NCBI GenBank assembly: GCA_044224525.1
Contig: JBGAKI010000004.1
Span: 20,820 to 84,819, forward strand
DNA: 64,000 nucleotides
Reading direction: 5' to 3'
Source: Polyangiales bacterium
Lineage (GTDB): Bacteria > Myxococcota_A > Polyangia > Polyangiales > CBDCBC01
Shown: piece by piece, positions 39,520 to 48,780 of the stretch
Position numbering within the stretch: position 1 is the first letter of the stretch
Layout: each line of letters starts with the position of its first letter
Notes under the pieces: generated by a model
Seen by the model: only the letters and a program-made list of their open reading frames with translations
Told to the model about the DNA's origin: nothing
Database searches by the model: none
Made by a program: the position numbers and the translations under genes

Positions 39520-39702
39520 TCAGGCGCCGCCGATATCGATAATAACCACACCGCGATCTTTTTCGTCGTCGATCGCCGGATCACGGGGTTCGCCCGGATG
39601 TGAAGGGTGCGGCAGGGGCAATTCAAGCAAAGGTTGCTCCGCACTGCGCTTTTCACGCTCTTCCTTTTGCCTAATTTGTTCGATAATGAAAGGAGGAAGC
39701 AT
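39520..39702 (-). CDS. Small hypothetical protein
   Basis: 60 aa MLPPFIIEQIRQKEE...QPLLELPLP...RGVVIIDIG; fills an otherwise empty gap; G-rich stretch upstream of the ATG. Confidence 0.65.
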   Translation of the reverse strand: MLPPFIIEQIRQKEEREKRSAEQPLLELPLPHPSHPGEPRDPAIDDEKDRGVVIIDIGGA

Positions 39703-39839
39703 GGCCCGCCCCCGGGTTACGGTTTACTCTTACCTATAGTATAACGCATGATTTTAATATGCTGCAACTTGGTTAACTAATTGCGATTACAACCCCACGG
39801 TAACGAGTAACATTCTTTTGATCAATCAACAAGTTAACA

Positions 39840-40703
39840 ATGCCTCTTGATCCACACAATCGCTTGTCAGACCCCTACTCTTGGGAAGACCCGCGCAAAA
39901 CGCTTACGCGCTTTGGCCTCAAGCCCAAACGTTCTTATTCGCAAAATTTCTTGGTCGCCCGGCCCATCGTCGAACGCATGGTGGAGATTGTGCGCCGTGA
40001 AGCAGCTTCGCACGTGGTTGAGTTTGGACCGGGTGTGGGCACGCTCACGCGCTTGCTCGCCGGGGTTGCACCCGCCTTCACGGCGGTAGAACAAGACCCC
40101 AGCATGATCGAGATTCTGAATCACGATTTGGGCGCGTGCTCGACACTGCGCCTAATCCATGGCGATGCTGCCAAGTTTCTGTTCTCGACGGTGCTTGGGG
40201 CGAACGAGAAGGCCACCTTGATCGCTAACCTTCCCTACGCGTCAACAGGCGCGATTCTCGAAAATCTATCGATGCAGGCCGAGCGCTTGAACCTTGGCGT
40301 GATCATGGTGCAGCGCGAGGTTCGCGATCGTTTGCTAGCGCAACCTGGCAACAAAACCTTCGGGGCATTGAGCGTGTTTTTTCAAGCGGCGTTCGATGGC
40401 AAAACGGCGTTTCACGTCGGCCCAAACAACTTCTTTCCGCCGCCCAAAGTGCAAAGCTCGGTGATTGTTTTTCGACCTAAGGCTGAGCGCGCATTCTTTG
40501 AGACGTCCACGGTGAAGGCTCTGGTGAGAAGTATCTTTGAACAGAGGCGCAAAACACTTAACAACACGTTGCGCTTGATGCCCGAACATGATGTGCAGCG
40601 GGCGGCACGCGCCCTAAAAGCCGCACAGATTGATGGACAACGGCGTGGTGAAACACTTACGCTTGCCGAGATCAAGGCACTTTCAGATGCCTGGGATACT
40701 TAG
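39840..40703 (+). CDS. rsmA: 16S rRNA adenine dimethyltransferase RsmA/KsgA
   Basis: SQNFL, EFGPGVG, ANLPY, MVQREV, FFPPPKVQS, QRRKTL, RGETL. Confidence 0.95.
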   Translation: MPLDPHNRLSDPYSWEDPRKTLTRFGLKPKRSYSQNFLVARPIVERMVEIVRREAASHVVEFGPGVGTLTRLLAGVAPAFTAVEQDPSMIEILNHDLGACSTLRLIHGDAAKFLFSTVLGANEKATLIANLPYASTGAILENLSMQAERLNLGVIMVQREVRDRLLAQPGNKTFGALSVFFQAAFDGKTAFHVGPNNFFPPPKVQSSVIVFRPKAERAFFETSTVKALVRSIFEQRRKTLNNTLRLMPEHDVQRAARALKAAQIDGQRRGETLTLAEIKALSDAWDT

Positions 40704-40727
40704 CGTTAGCAGTGCTCACGCTTGGGC

Positions 40728-40850
40728 GAACTGAAAGCTGAGTTGAGCGGGGCTCGGGTGAACTTCTCCGTGGCGGGGCTCGCTCGCTCCGGCTGAACTA
40801 CGCCTGCGCTCCCGCTCGACGGGAGCTAACTGAGGACACCCCCTTAGTTC
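40728..40850. other. Structured intergenic element B, related to element A
   Basis: Closing stem GAACTGA...TTAGTTC; TGAGTTGAGCG, CTACGCCT and ACACCC occur in the same order as in 39302-39430. Confidence 0.5.
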
Positions 40851-40865
40851 TTAACGCTTGCTTCG

Positions 40866-41594
40866 TTAGTCGTAGCGCTCAGAGTGCACATGCTTACGAT
40901 CGAGCTCGACTTCCTCTTTGAGAATGCGCCTCACCTCGTTGACCATGTGGCTTAGACCACAGATGTATACGTGGGGTGGCGCTGGTTCGCTCAGCTCTGC
41001 CACCAGCCTTTTGACGTGGGTTTGCACGTAACCGCGGTGCCCCTTCCATGACTCGCTCGCACGCGAGAGCGAACAAATCAAAGTAAAACGTGGGTTCGCG
41101 GCGGCAAACGCCTCAAACTCTGCGCGCCACAAGATGTCGTCTTCGGTGCGACAGCCAAAAAGCAAGACCATGCGGGGCCCCTCGCGGTCTTGAAGTTCTT
41201 CTTGTAACATCGCTCTAAAAGGAGAAAGCCCTGTGCCTGTGGCAACAAAAAGCGCGGCGGGGCCGCGGTGGGCAGCTTCACGCGTAAATAGACCGAGCGG
41301 ATTTTCCACGGTGACTTCAGCACCCAATTGCAGCGCATGCAAGGCAGTCGATGCTACGCCTGCTTCGACCCGCGTCACCGCTAAATCAAAACAGCCTGGT
41401 TCGATAAACTTAGGCGAACTGGCGATTGAATACGAGCGACGAATGTGCTCGCCGTTATGTTCAGCGTAAATGTTGATCCATTGACCTGCTTTGAATGTTA
41501 GCGGCTCAGCGTCGCACATGCGCAGGCGTAAATAGCGCACCGTAGGCGAAAGCATATGGGCCTGCTCGAGGCGCGCTTGGCGTTTGACTAACAT
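40866..41594 (-). CDS. Ferredoxin-NAD(P) reductase-family FAD/NAD(P)-binding oxidoreductase
   Basis: FKAGQW, RSYSIAS, GVAS, ATGTGLSPF, FGCR, YICG, ERY. Confidence 0.92.
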   Translation of the reverse strand: MLVKRQARLEQAHMLSPTVRYLRLRMCDAEPLTFKAGQWINIYAEHNGEHIRRSYSIASSPKFIEPGCFDLAVTRVEAGVASTALHALQLGAEVTVENPLGLFTREAAHRGPAALFVATGTGLSPFRAMLQEELQDREGPRMVLLFGCRTEDDILWRAEFEAFAAANPRFTLICSLSRASESWKGHRGYVQTHVKRLVAELSEPAPPHVYICGLSHMVNEVRRILKEEVELDRKHVHSERYD

Positions 41595-41638
41595 GGCGAC
41601 TTTTTACCTCGACTCGCTACAAATGCAACATCTGATCC

Positions 41639-42310
41639 CTAAAGCTCGCAGTACCAGCGATTATGCTCAAGATCGTGCACAAGGTTAACCTCAAGCCCGC
41701 GATCTGTGCGAACGCGAAAGCCGCGGATGGGTGCTGGGTACTGGGGCGGCGATTCCGACCAAACACCGAGCACTTCGCTCACATCATACGCCACACCCTG
41801 CTCGCGGAATCGCTTGGGGCGATAGTTGCTGGCCAAATCACCCTCGAGTTCAACTTCGGCCGCCGCGAGCACGCCCTTGGTCAAAAAATGGGCCGATCCC
41901 ATCTCTTGGCAAATCTTGGGAATGGCCGCAAGCGCCGCGCTCACAATGCGATGCACGGAGCTACCGGCGTCGATCGCGATGCAGAGTGCGTACGCCGCTG
42001 ACACCCGCAGCACCATCAATTCAAACTTTTCGGCGGTAATGCGCAAAAAGCGCGGACCGACCAACCCCATGCGTAGCGCCGAGGTTCTAAGCTGCGACAT
42101 CAACACCGAAAGATGCGCACCGAGCACTTGGGCTTCATAAGGATCAAGCGACGCGCAATAGTCGACGCACTCGCCCGTAATGTCGACAAAGGTGACCGCG
42201 CGTACCTGTGCGTGCGCGCGCCAGATCTCGCGCAGGATGGGCGTGAAGGCAGTTTCATCGCGGTCGCGCGGCGTCTCCACATGCGAGGATGTGCTCAAGG
42301 CAATCGTCAC
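41639..42310 (-). CDS. Roadblock/LC7-like domain fused to a small beta domain (DUF6504-like)
   Basis: FTPILREI...AVTFVDITGECVDY N-terminus; C-terminal PKRF...VSEVLGVW...FRVRT...RWY. Confidence 0.6.
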   Translation of the reverse strand: MTIALSTSSHVETPRDRDETAFTPILREIWRAHAQVRAVTFVDITGECVDYCASLDPYEAQVLGAHLSVLMSQLRTSALRMGLVGPRFLRITAEKFELMVLRVSAAYALCIAIDAGSSVHRIVSAALAAIPKICQEMGSAHFLTKGVLAAAEVELEGDLASNYRPKRFREQGVAYDVSEVLGVWSESPPQYPAPIRGFRVRTDRGLEVNLVHDLEHNRWYCEL

Positions 42311-43242
42311 GGTGCGTCGATACCTTTCGAAAATGCTTCGCTATAAAGATAGCGCGTGCCGGCGACATCAAGCTCAACGTTCGCCTGTTTGCGCAATGTT
42401 TTGAGCGATTCGATCAGCATGCGCTCGGAGCGGCGCACCCATTCCTCGTGTTCAAGGGTGCTTAGCGCGTCATCAAACGATCGATTCTCTTCGGGCACGA
42501 TGCGTGTGACATTGACGGCGTGCCAGCCAAATTGCGTGCGCACGGGAGTCTCAATAACGCCGGGTGCTTTGGCAGAAAAAATGGCGTTCAGATAATTTTC
42601 GTCAGCGCGCGCCGTGCGAGGCAGAAGCGGAACCTCTTCAGCGCGTACCATCATGCCGTCAAGTTGCCTCAGGTCTGCATAGCGCTCGACGACCGCGATA
42701 CTGGGTTGCGTCGTCCTAAATGCGTCAATGGCGCTTTGTGCAAGTGCACGTGCTTTGTCGTCTAGCGCTTTATCGGCGTTCTTAGGAACCATGATCAAAA
42801 CATGTTGTGCACCACGACGCTCGTCTTGATGAAAGCGTGTCTTTTCTTTCTCGTAACGCCCCTCTAGTTCATCGCGACCGGCGCGCGGAACCTTGGGTTC
42901 AAAGGCGGTTTTGAGCCACGCGCGCACAAGCGCCTGATCGAAAGCATGGGTCAACGCCGCGCGCCGGTGGATACCAAGCGTGCGTGCGTGTAAATAGAGC
43001 AAGCGCTCCCGTTCGAGGCGGGTGAGCATCGTCTTGATATCAGCCCCCAGGTCTTGGACAAGATGCTTTAGCTCGGCAAGGCTGACACGCGACATACCGA
43101 CATAAGCGGCCACTTGGTTATCGCTCATGTCGACCGCTTGTTCAGAGGCACGTCGGGTATCGCCAGAAGTGCCTCGGCATGCGAGCCAGCAAAGCGCCAG
43201 CATGACAAGCAAGATGCCAGAAAGGACACGCCTCACTGCCAT
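42307..43242 (-). CDS. Parvulin-type peptidyl-prolyl isomerase lipoprotein
   Basis: Start moved to ATG 43242 (lipobox WLAC); AQHVLI, PVRTQFGWH. Confidence 0.82.
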   Translation of the reverse strand: MAVRRVLSGILLVMLALCWLACRGTSGDTRRASEQAVDMSDNQVAAYVGMSRVSLAELKHLVQDLGADIKTMLTRLERERLLYLHARTLGIHRRAALTHAFDQALVRAWLKTAFEPKVPRAGRDELEGRYEKEKTRFHQDERRGAQHVLIMVPKNADKALDDKARALAQSAIDAFRTTQPSIAVVERYADLRQLDGMMVRAEEVPLLPRTARADENYLNAIFSAKAPGVIETPVRTQFGWHAVNVTRIVPEENRSFDDALSTLEHEEWVRRSERMLIESLKTLRKQANVELDVAGTRYLYSEAFSKGIDAP

Positions 43243-43258
43243 ATCGCGCCTGCGAGGC

Positions 43259-44989
43259 CTATTGACCACTGCGGTGTGAAAGTCGCGCTTGCACCACCAT
43301 CGCCACCGACTTAACCTGCTGCCAGCTTGCACTGCCTTCCTCTTTTTGTGCCATGGCATCGATGGCGCTGACCGCTTCTTTGCTGCCGTTCTTGGCAACC
43401 TGATCGAGCGCGAAGAGCACATCGGCACGCGCCTTGGGGTTACCCTCTTGCAACGCTTTAACCAGGGCCGTCACGGCTGCAGGTTGACCTGCTGCCAGGC
43501 GCACCAGCATCGCGGCCGATTTACGCACCAGCCCTGGGTCTTTGGCAGCATCTTTACTGGTCAAACGATCAATCCAGCACGCCACTTTTTGATCACACGC
43601 GGTGGCAGCATCAAGCATCGGCAAATACTGCGCAAAGCTTTTGCGAAAATCGGGCTCATCGTCGCCTGGCACGCGCGTCAGCACGGGCTTAAGATCGCCA
43701 GCCTCGCCCTTGTTGGCAAGCAACGCGTAACCTTGCGCCGCTAAGAACCGAATGTCGGGAAGCTCCTCTTCCTTTTGTTTGGCCTGATCGAGGAAAAACG
43801 ATAAGAGCTCTGGATCATAGGTGTTCTGCATGCCCAAAAGCAGCGCCGGGCGCTCAAGCTTTTTGGACGACTTATACAGATCGACAAGCGACGAGCGAAT
43901 CGAGGACTTGTCGCTGACCACGCCTGACAACGCGACCAACGCCATGGTTGCGGCCCATTTACGTGCTGTGTCGGAAACATGGCTCTCGGCGACCAGCGCA
44001 TCGTAGGCTTCTTTAAAACCCAACTGACCAAGCGCAAAGCTGGCTTCGGTGGCCACCACCGCGTGTGTGCTCATTTGTTTGGCAGCGCGTTCATCACGAC
44101 GTGCGACCGCTTTGATATATGCTTCGGCCATTGCGTTACTGGTGTCGTCCTCACCGCGCAGCACCTTAAGCAAAGGCTGCAAGGCGGGCTTGCCGATGCG
44201 TACCAGCGCTTCGGTGGCAACGTCGTTCATGCGCATGCCGGGATCATCTTGTTTAAAGATGAACAAGGCTTTGATCAAGGCGGGCACCACTGACGCATCG
44301 GCCAAACGACCGAGTTGTTCAGCAGCCAAACGATTGATTAAAAAGTCTTGTTCGGGTTTACGCGAGGTCATCACTTCAACCAGCGCCGAGGCCGCGCTCT
44401 TGTCGCCCACCTTGCCTAACGCACGCAGCGTTTCGATGCGCAAGCGGTTATCGACGGCGCGCTTGCCCTGCACTTTTTGTAGCGACTTGATCAGTCCGCC
44501 GATAACTTTGGCGCGATCGGCCGGGCTCCAGCTGACCGAGGCAATCGTGCGGGCAGAACGGATGGCGTGTTCTTCGTTGACCTCAGCACGCCATTCAAGC
44601 GCTTTGAGCAGCGCTGATAAGGCGCGCGGATCGCGCATCGAATCGAGCAGCTCAAGAATATGCAAACCCATACGTACGTCGTCCATCGCGATGTAGGTCG
44701 TGGACAATGGTTCAACCGCAGCGTCGGCAACCGCTTTTACTTCGGCGGCGCTGCGATCACCGTGGTTTTTGTCGAGCGCTTTGGCGTAAATGCGCGTCAG
44801 GTTGGCAATCGCGTTTTCGCGGCGCACCGGATCGCTCAACTCTTTGGCTTGGCCCGCTGCGTCGTCAGGCCCCGCGTGGCATGCGATGCTCAGGGCCATC
44901 AGCGAAAGAAGAAAACAGTAATGCGCATAGCGCAGGGCGATGAAACCACGTGACCCAAGAAGGGCCGCAAAAGGATGAATAGTCGTCAT
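43259..44989 (-). CDS. HEAT-repeat (lipo)protein
   Basis: Signal peptide ending SIAC; repeated R..A..ALG..GD..A...L units. Confidence 0.8.
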   Translation of the reverse strand: MTTIHPFAALLGSRGFIALRYAHYCFLLSLMALSIACHAGPDDAAGQAKELSDPVRRENAIANLTRIYAKALDKNHGDRSAAEVKAVADAAVEPLSTTYIAMDDVRMGLHILELLDSMRDPRALSALLKALEWRAEVNEEHAIRSARTIASVSWSPADRAKVIGGLIKSLQKVQGKRAVDNRLRIETLRALGKVGDKSAASALVEVMTSRKPEQDFLINRLAAEQLGRLADASVVPALIKALFIFKQDDPGMRMNDVATEALVRIGKPALQPLLKVLRGEDDTSNAMAEAYIKAVARRDERAAKQMSTHAVVATEASFALGQLGFKEAYDALVAESHVSDTARKWAATMALVALSGVVSDKSSIRSSLVDLYKSSKKLERPALLLGMQNTYDPELLSFFLDQAKQKEEELPDIRFLAAQGYALLANKGEAGDLKPVLTRVPGDDEPDFRKSFAQYLPMLDAATACDQKVACWIDRLTSKDAAKDPGLVRKSAAMLVRLAAGQPAAVTALVKALQEGNPKARADVLFALDQVAKNGSKEAVSAIDAMAQKEEGSASWQQVKSVAMVVQARLSHRSGQ

Positions 44990-45072
44990 GGCTGGTTATC
45001 ATACACACCAATGCCCAAACGCAGCAAAGGAAAATCAAATCCCCCGCTTATCGGCGCCGACGAAAGACGCTT

Positions 45073-45732
45073 TTAGCGCAAATTCCAGCGTAAATCGGCG
45101 CGGCCTGCGGCACCCGTGACGCGCAGGGTGATGTGCTTGGCACTTTGTGAAAGGGTCGGCAGGCCGGTTGCTCCGGTGCTTGGGAACGCCACCCTAAAGG
45201 CCATTCGATGCGCATTGTAAGAGGGGAAATAGGTACGTTCAGCCATGCTGACGGGCGCCACGCGTTGAATCGACACGGGCGCAAGCGCGCGGCCGGTGGT
45301 GGTGTCGATCAACCACACACGCCACGCGGGTTCAATGCGCGTCAAATCCGAATCGCGAAATTTGTGACTCGCGATTGTAAGATAAAAAATATGTTGGTTT
45401 TGCGTTTCAGACAACAAACGCTCTCGCATCTGCGTGCGCTCGGCTGACGTAAGCGAATAGTCATGCGCATAACGCGTAAGATAAGCACGACGAAAATCGG
45501 GAGACTCGAAGGTCGCGGTGACCTTTACCACATCTTGCAGCTGCGAAAACGCGTAGCTGTCGGCGCTACGCGTCCAGCGCTCGTACACCTCTTCATAGTC
45601 ACTGGGACGGTAACTCTGTTGCTCGTCGCGTAGGCTTGGGTTGGACGAGGCGCAGGCCGCACCCGCCAGCGCGAGTACAAGCGCCAAGCAACATCGCAAT
45701 GGGGTCTTTGAGGCCAAGGTCAACACGCCCAC
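45073..45732 (-). CDS. Hypothetical lipoprotein
   Basis: Lipobox GAAC; co-oriented, 3 bp downstream of pyrE. Confidence 0.7.
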   Translation of the reverse strand: MGVLTLASKTPLRCCLALVLALAGAACASSNPSLRDEQQSYRPSDYEEVYERWTRSADSYAFSQLQDVVKVTATFESPDFRRAYLTRYAHDYSLTSAERTQMRERLLSETQNQHIFYLTIASHKFRDSDLTRIEPAWRVWLIDTTTGRALAPVSIQRVAPVSMAERTYFPSYNAHRMAFRVAFPSTGATGLPTLSQSAKHITLRVTGAAGRADLRWNLR

Positions 45733-45735
45733 ATG

Positions 45736-46275
45736 CTAGACGAAATCACGGCGTGTGTACAGTGCATGCACTTCAAGCCCTGCATTCTGCAAAGCCTCAC
45801 GGCCACCTTCCATGCGATCGACAAGCACCACCACGCCTGGCACGTGCAGCCCGCGTGCTTTGATACGCTCGACCGCGCGCAGTGTCGATCCGCCTGTGGT
45901 GATGACGTCTTCAACCACCACGATCGAAGCACCTTCGCTCAGTTTGTCGTCACCTTCAAGCCAGCGCGTTGAACCGTGGTCTTTGACCGATTTACGAACG
46001 TATACCGCGTCCAAAGGTGCACCTTTTTGGTAAGACACAAGCGACACCGCCGACGCAAGCGGGCATCCACCCAGCTCTACACCTGCCACCGCTTCGGGCT
46101 TGAAGCTAAGCGCTTGGATCGCCTTAAACATTTCTTCGCCAACAAGCGTGTGCCCCTGTGCGGTCAACACCGTTTGTTTGCAGTCGATATAAAAATCGCT
46201 GAGTTTACCTGAAGCCAGTTTGACAGTGCCTTTACGATAGCTGCGTTCACGCAATAGATCTAACAGTGTCGTCAT
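45736..46275 (-). CDS. pyrE: Orotate phosphoribosyltransferase
   Basis: LASGKLSDFYIDC, VRKSVKDHG, VVEDVITTGGS, LVDR. Confidence 0.96.
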   Translation of the reverse strand: MTTLLDLLRERSYRKGTVKLASGKLSDFYIDCKQTVLTAQGHTLVGEEMFKAIQALSFKPEAVAGVELGGCPLASAVSLVSYQKGAPLDAVYVRKSVKDHGSTRWLEGDDKLSEGASIVVVEDVITTGGSTLRAVERIKARGLHVPGVVVLVDRMEGGREALQNAGLEVHALYTRRDFV

Positions 46276-46297
46276 GGCATACGCTTAGCACAAATGA

Positions 46298-46363
46298 GGT
46301 GACACGCACTAAAGTGCATGTCACCGGACCCTGGTGGTGACATGCACTTTAGTGCGTGTCACC
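46298..46363. repeat. REP doublet (REPIN-like): two inverted 28-bp palindromes
   Basis: GGTGACACGCACTAAAGTGCATGTCACC (46298-46325), 10-bp spacer, then its exact reverse complement (46336-46363). Confidence 0.95.
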
Positions 46364-46427
46364 GGCTTTCACTGGCACCGCACAACAATTTCATCTATGG
46401 TGTGCCCTTCGCAACCTTTGTGATGTT

Positions 46428-47750
46428 ATGAACCAACGCGTCACCCAACTTGACCCTTTGCTTGAGGTCTTTGATCGAGCGTGTAAACCGCGCGTCGATT
46501 GGCGTGTGGGCATTGAAGCAGAGCACTTTGGCTTTATCTTGCCGGCCTACGAACCGGTGCCCTATAGGGCCCCCCACAGCGTGCGCACGCTGTTTGATGA
46601 GCTTGAACGCGCGCATCACTGGAAGCCAAAGACCGAAAAACCAGGCGGTGATGTGATTGCTCTTAAGCATGGACACGCCGCGCTGACGCTCGAGCCCGCT
46701 GCTCAGCTCGAGGTGTCTGGTTCGCCGTCGAAAACGGTTAGCGAGATTCATGCGGAGCTTGAAAGCATGATGGGTCTAGTGCACGAAGTCTCTGACAGGC
46801 ACATGATGCGTTGGATTGGGATTGGCTTTCACCCGAGTGCGCGCCGCGAAATGCTGCCGTGGGTGCCCAAAATCCGTTATCCAATCATGCGCGATTATAT
46901 GCCTACACGCGGCAAGCTCTCGCTCGACATGATGCAACGCACCGCCACGGTGCAAACCAATCTGGACTACGCCAGCGAAGAAGACGCGATGCAAAAGCTG
47001 CGCGTAAGCATGGTGCTGCAACCTGTGGTGACCGCGATGTTTGCCAACAGCCCTTTTTATGAAGGCACGCGTGGCAAATACTTGTCGCAACGCGCATACA
47101 CCTGGCTTTTTATGGACGCGGATCGCAGCGGCATTTTGAAGCTAGCGTTTAACCCCAAAGCGCGTTTTGTTGATTATGCTGAGTGGGCGCTCGATGTGCC
47201 GATGTTTTTTGTCAATCATAACGACACCATTTTGCACAACACTGGCCAGCGCTTTCGCGATTTTATGCAGAACGGCTTTCAAGGGCACTACCCAACCGTG
47301 GACGATTGGGAGCAGCATCTAAACACATTGTTTCCAGAGGTGCGCATCAAGAACACCATTGAAACGCGTGGTGCCGACAGCCAGGCGCCTGAGTTGCTGT
47401 GCGCGCAGCCTGCGTTATGGCGTGGGTTGCTCTATGATGCACAGGCTTTGAATTACGCGACGGCGCTCGCGGAGCGCATGACCTATGAACAGGTACAAAG
47501 CGCGCGCGAAGACATCGCCATCAACGCGCTCAAAGCCACACTTGTTGGGCGACGTGTCGCGCAGTGGGCCGAAGAGCTCTATGAGCTTGCTTATCAGGGC
47601 CTTGAGCGTCTGGCTAAGGAAGATGGCAGCGATGATCGTGTTTACCTTGAGCCGCTCGGTCAGCTTGTTGAGCACGGTCAGTGCCCGGCCGATGTGCTGC
47701 TTGCCCGCATTGATCTCAACGAGCCGCTCCTGCCGCAACTTGTCGGCTAG
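46428..47750 (+). CDS. gshA: Glutamate--cysteine ligase (GCS2, plant/alphaproteobacterial type)
   Basis: VGIEAEHF, TLEPAAQLEVSG, PKIRY, MMQRTATVQTNLD, FANSPF, HLNTLFPEVR, ETRGAD; start moved to ATG 46428. Confidence 0.92.
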   Translation: MNQRVTQLDPLLEVFDRACKPRVDWRVGIEAEHFGFILPAYEPVPYRAPHSVRTLFDELERAHHWKPKTEKPGGDVIALKHGHAALTLEPAAQLEVSGSPSKTVSEIHAELESMMGLVHEVSDRHMMRWIGIGFHPSARREMLPWVPKIRYPIMRDYMPTRGKLSLDMMQRTATVQTNLDYASEEDAMQKLRVSMVLQPVVTAMFANSPFYEGTRGKYLSQRAYTWLFMDADRSGILKLAFNPKARFVDYAEWALDVPMFFVNHNDTILHNTGQRFRDFMQNGFQGHYPTVDDWEQHLNTLFPEVRIKNTIETRGADSQAPELLCAQPALWRGLLYDAQALNYATALAERMTYEQVQSAREDIAINALKATLVGRRVAQWAEELYELAYQGLERLAKEDGSDDRVYLEPLGQLVEHGQCPADVLLARIDLNEPLLPQLVG

Positions 47751-47764
47751 CTCGGTCAGAAGGC

Positions 47765-47783
47765 TGGCCCTGTGAACGGGCCA
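47765..47783. terminator. Hairpin between convergent genes, possible terminator
   Basis: TGGCCC-TGTGAAC-GGGCCA; no strong U-tract. Confidence 0.35.
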
Positions 47784-47792
47784 AATCTCAGT

Positions 47793-48506
47793 TTAGAGTG
47801 TGTCGACGATGTGTTCGTAGAGTCTTGCTAGACCGTTCTCAAGGGTCGGCATGAGCGCTTCGAGCGTTATATCGTCTTGGCAGAGCGCGGGGTCAAGTCT
47901 GCGCGTGAAACGCACAACGCGATCACGTGTCGATAACTCGATCATGTCGTTCAGCTTGTGCTCCAGTGCAGCGTCCGCTTGGCTACTGGTCGCCGAGAGT
48001 GACGTTATGATGGTGGTCGCATCGGCTGATCCAGAGCGCTTAAACCATTGAACCATCACAGCGAACTCTTGATAGCGCGAGACGCGAAACGGATAGGTCG
48101 GCGCGACACCCGGCAACATATCGGCCAAGACCTCGATGGGCCATTCATTAAGCAGCTTCTTTTGCGCGAGTAGCGTCAACGACATCGCGGGTGTGATAAG
48201 GTCATCGCCACCCATCGCTATAAGGCGCGACAACTGCACCTCGGTGAGATCGGCAACAGCGCTCGTCGACAAAATGGTGCATTCGAGCTTCTCAACGTCT
48301 TGACCGTTCTCTTTGGTCTTATAGCGGCGCTTTTGCAGCTCGTACCGTTTGTGAAGCTCGTCGACCTGCCAGTTGGCAGGCGTGTCGCTTTGCGCCTTGC
48401 GACACCCGCCCTGGTAGGCCGCTTCCAGCGCGCTGGTGGTCGCTTGAGGCGCGGCGTCGCAACCGCCCAAAAGCAGTAGAATACAGAGAATATGAGTTGA
48501 ACGCAT
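47793..48506 (-). CDS. Hypothetical lipoprotein
   Basis: Lipobox LGGC after a hydrophobic core; 237 aa. Confidence 0.7.
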   Translation of the reverse strand: MRSTHILCILLLLGGCDAAPQATTSALEAAYQGGCRKAQSDTPANWQVDELHKRYELQKRRYKTKENGQDVEKLECTILSTSAVADLTEVQLSRLIAMGGDDLITPAMSLTLLAQKKLLNEWPIEVLADMLPGVAPTYPFRVSRYQEFAVMVQWFKRSGSADATTIITSLSATSSQADAALEHKLNDMIELSTRDRVVRFTRRLDPALCQDDITLEALMPTLENGLARLYEHIVDTL

Positions 48507-48678
48507 AAGTACTTATATAAGCCAGCGCAAGCGGCGAATATCTAGCATGATTCTCCACTTATTCAAGCGAGTTATGCGCGGATCCTTGACCTTATCACCT
48601 TGCGTCACAAGACGTAACGAGGTGTTCGCGCACCGGATCGCGCACTTTATCGACGAGCTCGCTGGCGCCGCCTTCGTT

Positions 48679-48745
48679 GGTGACACGCACTAAAGTGCAT
48701 GTCACCCGGCGATTTTCGGTGACATGCACTTTAGTGCGTGTCACC
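48679..48745. repeat. REP doublet upstream of the RAYT gene
   Basis: Same 28-mer at 48679-48706 and its reverse complement at 48718-48745; 11-bp spacer. Confidence 0.95.
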
Positions 48746-48780
48746 CAACAACTTGGCCGAGTGGCGATCGATAAGTACGC

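Noticed and set aside
40728-40850. Hammerhead ribozyme (CTGAGGA and GAAA present)
   Set aside because: The bases that would form stem II next to these motifs do not pair, and the motifs are absent from the sister element.
43243-43428. N-terminal extension of the PPIase ORF, and similar extensions at 9201-9263, 28364-28501, 46356-46427 and 6502-6552
   Set aside because: They overlap neighbouring genes, REPs or promoter regions; downstream ATGs give proper signal peptides or family N-termini.
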